A stretch of DNA of 64,000 bases from contig CANSAJ010000005.1 in NCBI GenBank assembly GCA_947644695.1, positions 2,306 to 66,305 on the forward strand, read 5' to 3'. Every line of letters begins with the position of its first letter. Position 1 is the first letter of the stretch. This stretch comes from an uncultured Bacillota bacterium (GTDB taxonomy: Bacteria > Bacillota_I > Bacilli_A > RF39 > UBA660). Made by a program: the position numbers and the translations under genes. Shown here one piece after another: positions 1-9,232 of the stretch. The notes below the pieces were generated by a model that did not search any database, had not been told where the DNA came from, and was given only the letters and a program-made list of their open reading frames with translations.

Positions 1-239
1 GGATATAACTTATTAATTTTTAAATATTTATTTATTTTTAATTCTTTTAACGCACTTTTTATAGCTGTTTCTTCTTCTTTGCAAATTGATACTAATCCAT
101 TGATTGAATAATCCCAGTCTTCAGGTAATGATAGCATAAATGACAATAAGCCTTTAGCTTTTAGAGATAGATTCTTGTCTCTTAAATGGTAATTACTCAT
201 CACAGTATAATTTTTGTTTTTTTCAATCTTAAATACCAT
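1..239 (-). CDS. Phage/IME-type replication initiator, N-terminal HTH part (runs off the window)
   Basis: Not in ORF track. ATG at 239 after GGTGATGGAG gives MVFKIEKNKNYTVMSNYHLRDKNLSLKAKGLLSFMLSLPEDWDYSINGL..., the typical N-terminus of Bacillota phage replisome-organiser/DnaD-type HTH proteins. Confidence 0.8.
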   Translation of the reverse strand, partial: MVFKIEKNKNYTVMSNYHLRDKNLSLKAKGLLSFMLSLPEDWDYSINGLVSICKEEETAIKSALKELKINKYLKINKLY

Positions 240-265
240 ACTCCATCACCTTTTCCTTTCATAAT

Positions 266-289
266 AAAAAGAGCTTAAATTAAGCTCTT
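266..289 (-). terminator. Intrinsic terminator after the 288-827 ORF
   Basis: AAGAGCTTAA/TTAAGCTCTT hairpin followed by a T run on the - strand. Confidence 0.7.
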
Positions 290-827
290 AACAAATATCA
301 ATTTCATCATTTAAAATAGTAATATTATTATTTTCTAAATCAATATCCTTCCATTTTAGGTTTCTTATTTCCTTCCACGAACATTCTGCATTTTCTTTGA
401 TGGATTTTAATTGATTATATAAATCTTTATTATCACCAAACCAAATCATAAATTCTAAATAGTCTAATTGTGGTAATTCTTTACAAACACTCGAGTCATT
501 ATTTTTAGTATTACAAGTTTTATAATGTTTTAAAGTATCATCAATTGTACTATGTCCAACTATTTTACTTAAATCTATTCTTCCAATATTGCTTAACTCT
601 TTATAGGAAATCCCATATTTCTCTTTTATATATTTTACAGTAGGATACATTTGTAAAGATATAGGTGTTAAATCAAAGTACTCAAAATATTCCTGCTCTG
701 ATTTTTTACCTAAGTCATTTAAAGAATCTAAAAATTCTTTTTTTGTTAATTTTGGTTCAATAAAAATTATCTTATCTCCAACTTTTATACTTTTTTTACT
801 CAATATTGCTTCATATAAATTATTCAT
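288..827 (-). CDS. Hypothetical protein of the integrated element
   Basis: 179 aa ORF with strong RBS (AAGGAGAAAGG). C-terminus resembles an integrase motif (LKWKDIDLENN). Confidence 0.7.
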   Translation of the reverse strand: MNNLYEAILSKKSIKVGDKIIFIEPKLTKKEFLDSLNDLGKKSEQEYFEYFDLTPISLQMYPTVKYIKEKYGISYKELSNIGRIDLSKIVGHSTIDDTLKHYKTCNTKNNDSSVCKELPQLDYLEFMIWFGDNKDLYNQLKSIKENAECSWKEIRNLKWKDIDLENNNITILNDEIDIC

Positions 828-857
828 ATATAACCTTTCTCCTTTTCTATTTTATAA

Positions 858-2129
858 TTATGCTGCTAAATATTCTTCAAATTTATTTACTATTTCTTCT
901 TCCATCTTAGTAGTAACTCTTACATAAATATTATAAGTAAATTCTACTGTACTATGTCCTAATCTTTTTGATACTGCTTTTATATCTGCACCTGCTTCAA
1001 TCAGCCTTGTTGCGTGAGTATCTCTAAAATCGTGAAATCTACCTTGTATTCCTAATTGATAGTGAATTACTTTAAATGCGTGTTTACAACTATCTGTTCC
1101 TTCAAATATACCATTATCTTTTAAAAATACCAAGTGTGCTTCTGGTAATGCAACATCAATTTCAGCATAGGCATTAACTATTTTTGTCTCTGGTTTCTTA
1201 GTATATGGATTTTCTACTATTTTCTTATAATGTTTCATATACATATCTCCATACATTTCCTTAAATATTTCTTGCTCTTCTTTATATTTTTTTAATGCAG
1301 CTACAAGTGTATCTCCTATATCTATTGTTCTATAACTATTAGCTGTTTTACATGTACCATAATACCATACTGTAGTAGAATTTCCACTTATATGCCTTTT
1401 TTTAGTACCACCTGCCTGATTTTTTTTAACAATATTTCTTCTAACGTGGATTTTTTTATTTTCTAAATCTATATCTTCCCATGTTAGTCCAAATACTTCA
1501 GATATACGAAGCCCAGTATGATATGCAGTTAAAAACGCATAATAAACACAATGATTATTCTTAACACTATTAAATATTAAGTCTATTTCTTCCTTAGTAA
1601 AAATATGTACTGGATCTCCATCTGGCTCATCATACTTTGGAACTTTAACCTTTATGGAAGGATCATATTTTATAAAATTTACTATTTCTGCTGCATAATC
1701 AAAAGAAGATTTTATAACTTTAAGTATACTCTTCATATAACTTTTTGCAAAACCTCTTTCGACATATATATCATTTATTGCTTCTTGTATTGTTGCTGTT
1801 GTAATTTGTGATATTCTATACATTCCTAATCGAGGTTTTAAATGATTTTTAATAATATACTTATAAGTTTCAATGGTTCTATGCTTTAGATTTATATAAC
1901 AATACTCTTCCATCCAATAATCTAAATAATCACTATATGAAATTTCTGAAGGTTTAAAACTATGACCTGTTTCTAAATACTCATTAAGTGCTTTCAACCC
2001 TTCTCTTTCTGCTTCTGGTTTTGTTTTAAAACCAGACTTTGTTATCCACTTTCTTTTTCCGTCTTGGGGAGCTATTTCAAACGTATATTGATAATACTTC
2101 CCTCTTTTTTTTATTTGTACTTTTACCAT
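858..2129 (-). CDS. int: Site-specific tyrosine integrase with N-terminal arm-binding domain
   Basis: TGLRISE, HDFR, RLGHS and the Tyr nucleophile (NIYV) are present. N-terminal ...KSGFKTKPEAE arm-binding segment. Confidence 0.95.
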   Translation of the reverse strand: MVKVQIKKRGKYYQYTFEIAPQDGKRKWITKSGFKTKPEAEREGLKALNEYLETGHSFKPSEISYSDYLDYWMEEYCYINLKHRTIETYKYIIKNHLKPRLGMYRISQITTATIQEAINDIYVERGFAKSYMKSILKVIKSSFDYAAEIVNFIKYDPSIKVKVPKYDEPDGDPVHIFTKEEIDLIFNSVKNNHCVYYAFLTAYHTGLRISEVFGLTWEDIDLENKKIHVRRNIVKKNQAGGTKKRHISGNSTTVWYYGTCKTANSYRTIDIGDTLVAALKKYKEEQEIFKEMYGDMYMKHYKKIVENPYTKKPETKIVNAYAEIDVALPEAHLVFLKDNGIFEGTDSCKHAFKVIHYQLGIQGRFHDFRDTHATRLIEAGADIKAVSKRLGHSTVEFTYNIYVRVTTKMEEEIVNKFEEYLAA

Positions 2130-2207
2130 AACTTCAACATCTTACAAAGTTATCTGTAAAGACTAAAAAATGCCAACAATTAGGAAATGTTGACATCTAT
2201 AAATTTA

Positions 2208-2382
2208 TACCTCATTTTTGTCCTCATTCATAAACCCTTGATTTTAAAGGGATTTTTGAGGTTTCTGTCCTCATTTTTTTTAAAACGAGGACAAAATGAG
2301 GTATTTTTTATAATTTTTATGTGATTTATAGTCTTTTTAAAATTTTTATTATTTTTTAAACCCTTATAAATAAAGGGTTTAA
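2208..2382. repeat. att-like region: CCTCATT arm-type repeats and two CCCTT-N7-AAGGG palindromes
   Basis: CCTCATT at 2210, 2222 and 2269, with inverted copies in ACGAGGACAAAATGAGGTA (2285-2303). AAACCCTTGATTTTAAAGGG (~2232) and AAACCCTTATAAATAAAGGGTTT (~2358). Confidence 0.65.
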
Positions 2383-2385
2383 AGA

Positions 2386-4878
2386 CTATTTACCACAACA
2401 ATTTTTATATTTCTTACCTGAGCCACAAGGACAACTATCATTTCTTCCAATCTTATTCTCAACTTTTTTAGGAGATTTTTTAGAAGATTCTTTAGAATCA
2501 TTGGTCTGCGCATTCTTAACTTCTTCACGTTCAAGATTTTGTCTTACTTCTGCTTTTAACAAATAAGTAGTCGCTTCTTTATTAGTATCTCTTAACATAC
2601 TATCAAAAAGTTCAAAACCTTCTAATGCATATGCTTGTAAAGGATTTGTCTGTGCATAACCTCTTAACCCTATACCTTCTTTTAAATGCTCCATATTATC
2701 CAGCTGTTCCATCCAGTTCTTATCAAGAACCTTTAATGTTATAGCTTTTTCAAAATCATTCTGAATATCCTCTGGAACTTCCTTAAGCTTCTCATTATAA
2801 TCATCTACTACTACATCATAAATAAAATTCTGTATTTCATCTATCTCTTTTCCTTCCAAAGATTTTTCATCTAACTTTCTAGTTTTAAGTAAATTAGCGT
2901 TAAAATACTCGCACATATTTACTATATCATTATGAGTTAAAGCATCTTCTGGAGGAAAATGTGCATTAACTTCATCTATTACAAAATCTTTAAAAATACT
3001 TAAAATTCTATCTCTAATACTTTCTTTATCTAAAATTTCATTACGTCTTTCATACACGATTTCTCTTTGCTTACTAATAACATTATCATAATCAAGTAAA
3101 GCCTTACGTCTATCATAGTTAAATCCTTCAACTCTTTTTTGACTACTTTCAATATTCTTACTCATCATTTTATGAGTGATAGGAGTATCTTCAGTAAATC
3201 CCAAAGTTTTCATCAAGCTTTTAATTTTATCACTACCAAATTTCATCATTAAATCATCTTCCATTGAAATATAAAATCTAGTAACACCAGGATCTCCTTG
3301 ACGACCACTTCTACCTCTTAACTGATTATCAATACGTCTGCTTTCATGCCTTTCAGTTCCTATAACAACTAAACCACCTAATTCTGCAACACCTTCACCT
3401 AATTTAATATCTGTTCCACGTCCTGCCATGTTAGTAGCGATAGTAACAGCACCTTTTTGACCAGCCTGTTCTATTATATGCGCTTCTCTTTCATGATTCT
3501 TAGCATTTAAAAGCTCATGCTTAACATTTCGTTTCTTTAATAAATTACTAAGAACTTCTGAACTCTCAATAGAAGCTGTTCCCACTAAAATTGGTTGCCC
3601 TGTTTTATGTATTTCTTCTATTGTATTAGCAATAGCATTATATTTACCTCTCATATTAATATAAATTAAATCTTCCATATCATTTCTTAAAATAGGCTTA
3701 TTAGTAGGTATTTCTATAACATACATATTATAAATATTTCTAAATTCTTCTTCTTCAGTTTTTGCAGTTCCTGTCATTCCAGCAAGTTTATTATACATTC
3801 TAAATAAATTTTGAAAAGTAATTGTTGCTAATACTTTAGTCTCTTCATTTATATGCACATTTTCTTTAGCTTCAAGAGCTTGATGCAAACCATCACTATA
3901 TTGCCTTCCATACATAAGTCTACCTGTAAATGAATCTACAATAACAATCTTATCAGAATCTACAACATAATCCACATCTTTTTTAAAACCATAATTTGCT
4001 ACTAATGCCTTATCCAAATTATGAACCATAGAAGCATTTTTAATATCATATAAATTCTCTAAATTCAATAATTTTTCACATTTCTTAATACCATCTTCTG
4101 TCAAAGTAACACTTCTAGTTTTCTCATCTAAAACATAGTCATCTACCTTCAAAGATTTAGCAGTTTTATCAGCTAACTTATATAAATCTGCACTTTTACT
4201 TATTCCTCCACTAATAATAAGTGGTGTTCTAGCCTCATCAATTAATATAGAATCCACTTCATCAATAATTGCAAAATTAAGTGGTCTTTGAACTCTATTC
4301 TCAGGTCTAACAACCATATTATCTCTAAGATAATCAAACCCAAGTTCATTATTTGTAGTATAAGTTATATCTTTACTATAAGCTTCTCTTTTCTCCTTAG
4401 TAGAAGATTCTTTTCTATTAACTCCCACACTTATTCCAAGATAATCATATACCTTACCCATCCACTCTGCATCACGCACGCTTAAATACTCATTTACTGT
4501 AACAATATGTACACCTTTTCCACTTAAAGCATTTAAATATGCAGGTAATGTACTAGTAAGTGTTTTACCTTCTCCAGTTTTCATCTCAGCTATATTACCA
4601 TAATGAATACAAATTCCACCTATAATTTGCACCTTATAAGGTTTTTCACCAAGTACTCTATAAGCAGCCTCTCTTACAACTGCAAAAGCTTCAACTAAAA
4701 TATCATCTAATGTTTCACCTTCGCTAAGTCTTGATTTAAATTCACCTGTCTTAGACTTAAGCTCCATATCCGTCATCTTAGTCATTTCATCATCTAATAA
4801 TAAAACTTGTTCAGCTAATGCATCAAATCTTTTTAATTCTTTATATTCATGATCAAACAATCTTGTTAGTATTCCCAT
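2386..4878 (-). CDS. secA: Preprotein translocase ATPase SecA
   Basis: MKTGEGKT, DEVDSILIDEARTPLIISG, C-terminal SEC-C motif GRNDSCPCGSGKKYKNCCG. Confidence 0.99.
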   Translation of the reverse strand: MGILTRLFDHEYKELKRFDALAEQVLLLDDEMTKMTDMELKSKTGEFKSRLSEGETLDDILVEAFAVVREAAYRVLGEKPYKVQIIGGICIHYGNIAEMKTGEGKTLTSTLPAYLNALSGKGVHIVTVNEYLSVRDAEWMGKVYDYLGISVGVNRKESSTKEKREAYSKDITYTTNNELGFDYLRDNMVVRPENRVQRPLNFAIIDEVDSILIDEARTPLIISGGISKSADLYKLADKTAKSLKVDDYVLDEKTRSVTLTEDGIKKCEKLLNLENLYDIKNASMVHNLDKALVANYGFKKDVDYVVDSDKIVIVDSFTGRLMYGRQYSDGLHQALEAKENVHINEETKVLATITFQNLFRMYNKLAGMTGTAKTEEEEFRNIYNMYVIEIPTNKPILRNDMEDLIYINMRGKYNAIANTIEEIHKTGQPILVGTASIESSEVLSNLLKKRNVKHELLNAKNHEREAHIIEQAGQKGAVTIATNMAGRGTDIKLGEGVAELGGLVVIGTERHESRRIDNQLRGRSGRQGDPGVTRFYISMEDDLMMKFGSDKIKSLMKTLGFTEDTPITHKMMSKNIESSQKRVEGFNYDRRKALLDYDNVISKQREIVYERRNEILDKESIRDRILSIFKDFVIDEVNAHFPPEDALTHNDIVNMCEYFNANLLKTRKLDEKSLEGKEIDEIQNFIYDVVVDDYNEKLKEVPEDIQNDFEKAITLKVLDKNWMEQLDNMEHLKEGIGLRGYAQTNPLQAYALEGFELFDSMLRDTNKEATTYLLKAEVRQNLEREEVKNAQTNDSKESSKKSPKKVENKIGRNDSCPCGSGKKYKNCCGK

Positions 4879-4974
4879 ATTTTCATCTCCTAAAAGTATT
4901 TTATCAAATTTAAATGTTTTTTTAAACTTTATTTAATATAAAAACACAAAAAGTAAATTCTAAGAACTTACTTT

Positions 4975-5493
4975 TTAATTGGTTTCAATAACACCATATT
5001 TATCATCATATCTTTTATAAATAACATTTACCTTTTCTGTATCTATATCTTTATATATATAAAATGAATGTCCTAAAAGTTCCATTTGAACAATAGCCTC
5101 ATCTTCATCCATAGGTTTTAAATAAACTTTTTTTCTTTTTACTATGCTTTCAAATGTCTCTTCGCTATAATCATCATCTTCATAAACTATTTCAACTCTT
5201 TCTTTAGACATCAATTTTGATTTATATTTCTTTACTTGAGATTCTAATTTATCTAAAACTAAATCTATAGCTGCATACATATCACTATGAGATACTTCTG
5301 CTCTCAAATCATAATTTTTACATACAATTGTAACCTCTACTTTTTGCTCTCTTCCTCTAATACTAAAAAGCACTTTCACTTGAACTTCATCTGGATTATC
5401 AAAATACTTCTCCATTTTAGAAATCTTATCAATTGCATATTCTCTAATAGAATCAGTAACATCTAATTTTTCTCCACGAACTGTAAATTTCAT
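4975..5493 (-). CDS. hpf: Ribosome hibernation promoting factor (long HPF)
   Basis: DMYAAIDLVLDKLESQ and C-terminal KPMDEDEAIVQMELLGHSF; upstream of secA. Confidence 0.95.
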   Translation of the reverse strand: MKFTVRGEKLDVTDSIREYAIDKISKMEKYFDNPDEVQVKVLFSIRGREQKVEVTIVCKNYDLRAEVSHSDMYAAIDLVLDKLESQVKKYKSKLMSKERVEIVYEDDDYSEETFESIVKRKKVYLKPMDEDEAIVQMELLGHSFYIYKDIDTEKVNVIYKRYDDKYGVIETN

Positions 5494-5540
5494 ATCATCA
5501 CCTCTAGTTTAATTCTAACACAATAAAAAGAAAAAAACTA

Positions 5541-5765
5541 CTAAACAGTAGTTAATTTTACTTCTTTGACATTTATAGCTTGATTGCCTTTAGCTGTTCT
5601 AATTAAGGTAAACTCAACAACATCACCTTCGCTAAGAGACTTATAACCTTCTTGCTCTATTGCTGAATAATGAACAAATACATCCTCGCCTTCTCCAGCA
5701 CCTATCTCAATAAATCCATAACCTTTTTCATTATTGAACCACTTAACTCTGCCTTTTCTAGTCAC
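5541..5765 (-). CDS. csp: Cold-shock protein
   Basis: [27 protein letters not shown] start at 5765 fits the GAGGTG RBS best. Confidence 0.95.
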   Translation of the reverse strand: MTRKGRVKWFNNEKGYGFIEIGAGEGEDVFVHYSAIEQEGYKSLSEGDVVEFTLIRTAKGNQAINVKEVKLTTV

Positions 5766-6048
5766 ACTTAACACCTCTCTTCCATACCTCTATATTAAAA
5801 CACGCGCATGTTCTAATCAAATTAAATCGGGTCAAAAATTCCGACATATTTTTTAACATTACAATCATACTAAAAATTAACTATAATTAGTAAACATATG
5901 CATTAAATATCTAATTTTTTGTTTTAAATGGAATTAACAATGTAAAAATAAGATCTTTTTTCTTTTTTAAACAAAAAAACACGAAAAAAAGACAAAAAAT
6001 AATAAAAAAGCTAAATAAAAAATTATAATGGTCTCGGAAGTGGTAAAA

Positions 6049-6657
6049 ATGAAAGATCTTTTAATAAATTCCGCTATGAACAATATTGAAAAATATTGTA
6101 ATTATGATAAAGTAAAACTCAAAGAAATTAGGTATGGATTATCCAGTTTATACCTTACAGTAACTAAAACTATCGTAATATTTGGTATATCATATATATT
6201 GGGATATATAAAACCGCTTCTACTATTAATGGCCCTCTATAGTATACTAAGACTTACTGGGTTTGGTGCACATGCTAAAAAAAGCTGGCACTGTTGGATA
6301 TCATCATTATTGGTATTCTTAATATTACCCTACTTATGTACAATTCTAATTATAGACTATAGAGTTAAAGTTACATTAGGTATTATTTGTGTAATTTTAT
6401 TAGGATTTTTCGCACCTGCAGATACGGAAAAAAGACCATTAATAAACAAAAAAAGGAGAATAGCTTATAAGATAATCAGTGTATTAATGGGATTATTATA
6501 TATAGTATTATTCACCTTTATAAAAGATAACACATTAAACAATTGCATTTTATTCGGACTAATAATAGAAACTTGTGTTATTTTACCAATAACTTATAAA
6601 GTATTTGGTTTAAAATATAATAACTATAAAACTTATAATTTAAATAAAAAAGAATGA
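6049..6657 (+). CDS. agrB: AgrB-family peptide maturation protease
   Basis: LRLTGFGAHAKKSWHC (catalytic His/Cys), APADTEKRPL, multiple TM helices. Start is 6049 or 6028. Confidence 0.93.
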   Translation: MKDLLINSAMNNIEKYCNYDKVKLKEIRYGLSSLYLTVTKTIVIFGISYILGYIKPLLLLMALYSILRLTGFGAHAKKSWHCWISSLLVFLILPYLCTILIIDYRVKVTLGIICVILLGFFAPADTEKRPLINKKRRIAYKIISVLMGLLYIVLFTFIKDNTLNNCILFGLIIETCVILPITYKVFGLKYNNYKTYNLNKKE

Positions 6658-6671
6658 AAGGAGATTAAAAA

Positions 6672-6791
6672 ATGAAATTATTTGCTACATTAACAGGATT
6701 TTTAGGAGAACTAGTTGCTAAAACTACATCAGGAGCTTGCTGGTTTAGCTATTTCGACGAAGAAGAAATGCCTGAAAGTCTTTTAAAATAA
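6672..6791 (+). CDS. agrD: AgrD autoinducing-peptide precursor (39 aa)
   Basis: Not in ORF track. RBS AAGGAG; MKLFATLTGFLGELVAKTTSGACWFSYFDEEEMPESLLK = amphipathic leader, Cys core, acidic tail with Pro; directly after agrB. Confidence 0.92.
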   Translation: MKLFATLTGFLGELVAKTTSGACWFSYFDEEEMPESLLK

Positions 6792-6821
6792 AAATTAAAT
6801 TTATTATTACTACCTTTAAAT

Positions 6822-6842
6822 ACCCTAGTCATTGGCTAGGGT
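6822..6842. terminator. Bidirectional hairpin between convergent agrD and agrC
   Basis: ACCCTAGTC-ATT-GGCTAGGGT overlapping the agrC stop codon. Confidence 0.65.
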
Positions 6843-8136
6843 TCTTTATTTTTAAAACAGTTATAAATCTATTATTTTCAATATGTTGATTAAAATCTAA
6901 CAAATCTGTATCTTCAAGTAATTTACTAACAATATACAAACCATATCCACGATTATCACCTTTACTTGAAACACCTTTTAAATGAATATTATTCAGGTTT
7001 ATAGAATTTTCAAAACTATTTTCTATATAAATTACTAATCCACCGTCATAATAAATATCTATCAATAATAACCTATCTTTTGCAATCGATGCTGCTTCGA
7101 TAGCATTATCTATGACTATTCCTAATATTTTACATACTTTAAAATACAATTTTTGATTTAATTTATCAAAACTTTCTTCAATATTTGGAGCACTTAACAA
7201 AGTTAAATTAATATCATTTTCATGAATGCTAGCAATTTTATAATAAATAATACCTTTAATTCCAGATGGCAATTTATGTAAATTAGAAAATAATTGATAT
7301 TTATTACTTCCTTGATAGGTATGCATAATTTCATCTAATGTCTCTTCATATTCAACTGAAGACTTATCTTTAAAACTTTTCAATATTACTAAATTATTTA
7401 AAATTTCATGTCTGTTTATTCTCTCATTATCTAATAGTCTTTCATAATCACTCATTAAATTTAATAAAACTTTCTGTTCTTCTTCACTACTTTTATTCTT
7501 AAAATATTGAACGATCATCACCACACATAAAAATAAGAAAAAAGAAATTAATAACATAGAAAATAAAAAGACATCTACACTTAAAACAAAAGCATTTAAA
7601 TGAGTAATCATTAAAAACACTAAGAATGCAAATAAAGAGCCTATCAAAAATACATAACTCCATTTTTTATTCAAATAACCTATCATTCTATTTATAAAGA
7701 CCCTAAACTTTTTAAATAAAAAGATAAATATTAAAATTAATGAAACTAATATAGTATTTAACCCTCTAACATAAGTTATACTTTCTAATATCAAAGAAGC
7801 ATCTACTACATTAAATAGAAAAATAACAGCTAATAATGCATCACATAGTGATAATATTACATAAATAATAAAAATTTTAAAAAGTAATATATTAATATTT
7901 TCTCTAAAGAAGAAATAAAATAAGAACAAAACCACAAGAAAAGAAACCATAAAATTAAAAGGAGTATCTAAAGAATAATTAGCTGTATAGGCAGCTAAAG
8001 ACATAAAGAACACAACAAAAATATGAGAAAGATTTATATTTAATTTCTTATTAGTTGTAAGAGAATATACTATTACAAATGCACATAGATTAAACACTAT
8101 TGCTAAATAAGATAAAATTGCATTAAATAACACCAC
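6829..8136 (-). CDS. agrC: AgrC-like (HPK10/GHKL) membrane histidine kinase
   Basis: 6-7 TM N-terminus, H-box RHEILNNL, N-box IDNAIEAA, G-box GVSSKGDNRGYGL. Confidence 0.92.
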   Translation of the reverse strand: MVLFNAILSYLAIVFNLCAFVIVYSLTTNKKLNINLSHIFVVFFMSLAAYTANYSLDTPFNFMVSFLVVLFLFYFFFRENINILLFKIFIIYVILSLCDALLAVIFLFNVVDASLILESITYVRGLNTILVSLILIFIFLFKKFRVFINRMIGYLNKKWSYVFLIGSLFAFLVFLMITHLNAFVLSVDVFLFSMLLISFFLFLCVVMIVQYFKNKSSEEEQKVLLNLMSDYERLLDNERINRHEILNNLVILKSFKDKSSVEYEETLDEIMHTYQGSNKYQLFSNLHKLPSGIKGIIYYKIASIHENDINLTLLSAPNIEESFDKLNQKLYFKVCKILGIVIDNAIEAASIAKDRLLLIDIYYDGGLVIYIENSFENSINLNNIHLKGVSSKGDNRGYGLYIVSKLLEDTDLLDFNQHIENNRFITVLKIKNPSQ

Positions 8137-8839
8137 TTTCGCTCAACTCCTTCTTGTGTGTCTTCGATAGAAAGTGTGCCTCTTTTCCATTATCAAAAAT
8201 TATTTTACCTTCACTCCACACATATGCATCTACTCTTTTAGTATTAACTATACAAGCTTTATGAGTAAAGACAAAATCATCATTCAACATTTCTTTAACT
8301 TTAATTAAATTTAAAGATACTTTATATTCATTTTTATCAGTCACTATTACGCTTTTTCTTTCAACTGTATCTTTATAAATATAAAGTATTTTATCAAAAT
8401 CTATACTATAATCTACTTTACCTATTTTATATTTAAAATTTTCTCTAACATTTAATTGCTTTAAACAAATATCGAATAACTCATGCAAATTCTTTTCAGC
8501 TTCAAACTGTTTATTAACAAAATCTAAAATTTGTAATCTTTGTTTAAACGTATCATATGCCATACCACCATTAACAGTAAAAATTATTATAGGACTTATC
8601 CAGTCCTTCTTTCTAATTCTTCTAGCTACTTCTATAGCTGTTGTGTTAGGAAGTTCAAAATCTAATATATAAATATAATTAGAATCATGATTCTCTACTA
8701 ACTCTATAAAAGTATCAGTTTCCCTTTCAAAAAATAAAATATCAAACTCATACTTATTTTTCATCATATAATTGAAGATAATATCCTTTGCTTTCTTTCT
8801 ATGATGTGGATTATCCTCTAAAACAATAAAATTAATCAC
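8123..8839 (-). CDS. agrA: AgrA-like LytTR response regulator
   Basis: Receiver domain (VLED, ILDFELP) plus LytTR domain (FVFTHKACIVN); overlaps the agrC start. Confidence 0.92.
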   Translation of the reverse strand: MINFIVLEDNPHHRKKAKDIIFNYMMKNKYEFDILFFERETDTFIELVENHDSNYIYILDFELPNTTAIEVARRIRKKDWISPIIIFTVNGGMAYDTFKQRLQILDFVNKQFEAEKNLHELFDICLKQLNVRENFKYKIGKVDYSIDFDKILYIYKDTVERKSVIVTDKNEYKVSLNLIKVKEMLNDDFVFTHKACIVNTKRVDAYVWSEGKIIFDNGKEAHFLSKTHKKELSESGVI

Positions 8840-8916
8840 TAAAAACCAACTCCATTACTTTTAAAATTATAATAACATCTAAAATTAAAAGATAACAGGG
8901 AGCACTAGGTCCAATT

Positions 8917-9165
8917 TTAGAAATTTTTAAATTTTTTTCTTGTAGCTTCTCCACCATGAATGTGCCTTACTTTAACATGATCATTCATAATATTATGAAC
9001 AAGTAAATACCTTTCATAATCTAAAAAATAAAGTCTTTCATTAATATCTTTATGAACACTACTTTTACTACAATTAAAAACATTAGCAACTTCCCTAATA
9101 GTTTTATTAGTTTCTATAATATAATCTGAAATTTTAAATACTCTCTCTTTTATAGCATTATTTAT
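8917..9165 (-). CDS. spoIIID: Sporulation transcription factor SpoIIID (apparent ATA start)
   Basis: Not in ORF track. INNAIKERVFKISDYIIETNKTIREVANVFNCSKSSVHKDINERL...RHIHGGEATRKKF matches SpoIIID; spoIID-spoIIQ-spoIIID synteny. Confidence 0.93.
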   Translation of the reverse strand: MNNAIKERVFKISDYIIETNKTIREVANVFNCSKSSVHKDINERLYFLDYERYLLVHNIMNDHVKVRHIHGGEATRKKFKNF

Positions 9166-9184
9166 ATTAAATCAACCCCCAATA

Positions 9185-9212
9185 AATATATGCTTAAAAA
9201 TTTAAAACATGA
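9185..9212 (-). promoter_or_regulatory. Putative sigma-E promoter of spoIIID
   Basis: TCATGTT-N13-CATATATT upstream of the GGGGG RBS. Confidence 0.5.
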
Positions 9213-9232
9213 AAAAACTAACCAATTAATAG

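Larger units (their letters stand above)
1..2385. mobile_element. Right end of an integrated tyrosine-recombinase element (prophage, satellite or IME) adjacent to the secA 3' end
   Basis: Integrase, hypothetical gene and replication initiator, plus a repeat-rich att-like segment at 2200-2385. Housekeeping synteny stops at the secA stop codon. Confidence 0.8.

Noticed and set aside
5969-5995. Degenerate Spo0A or LytTR boxes upstream of agrB
   Set aside because: Too many mismatches to either consensus; only the A-tract phasing is supportable.
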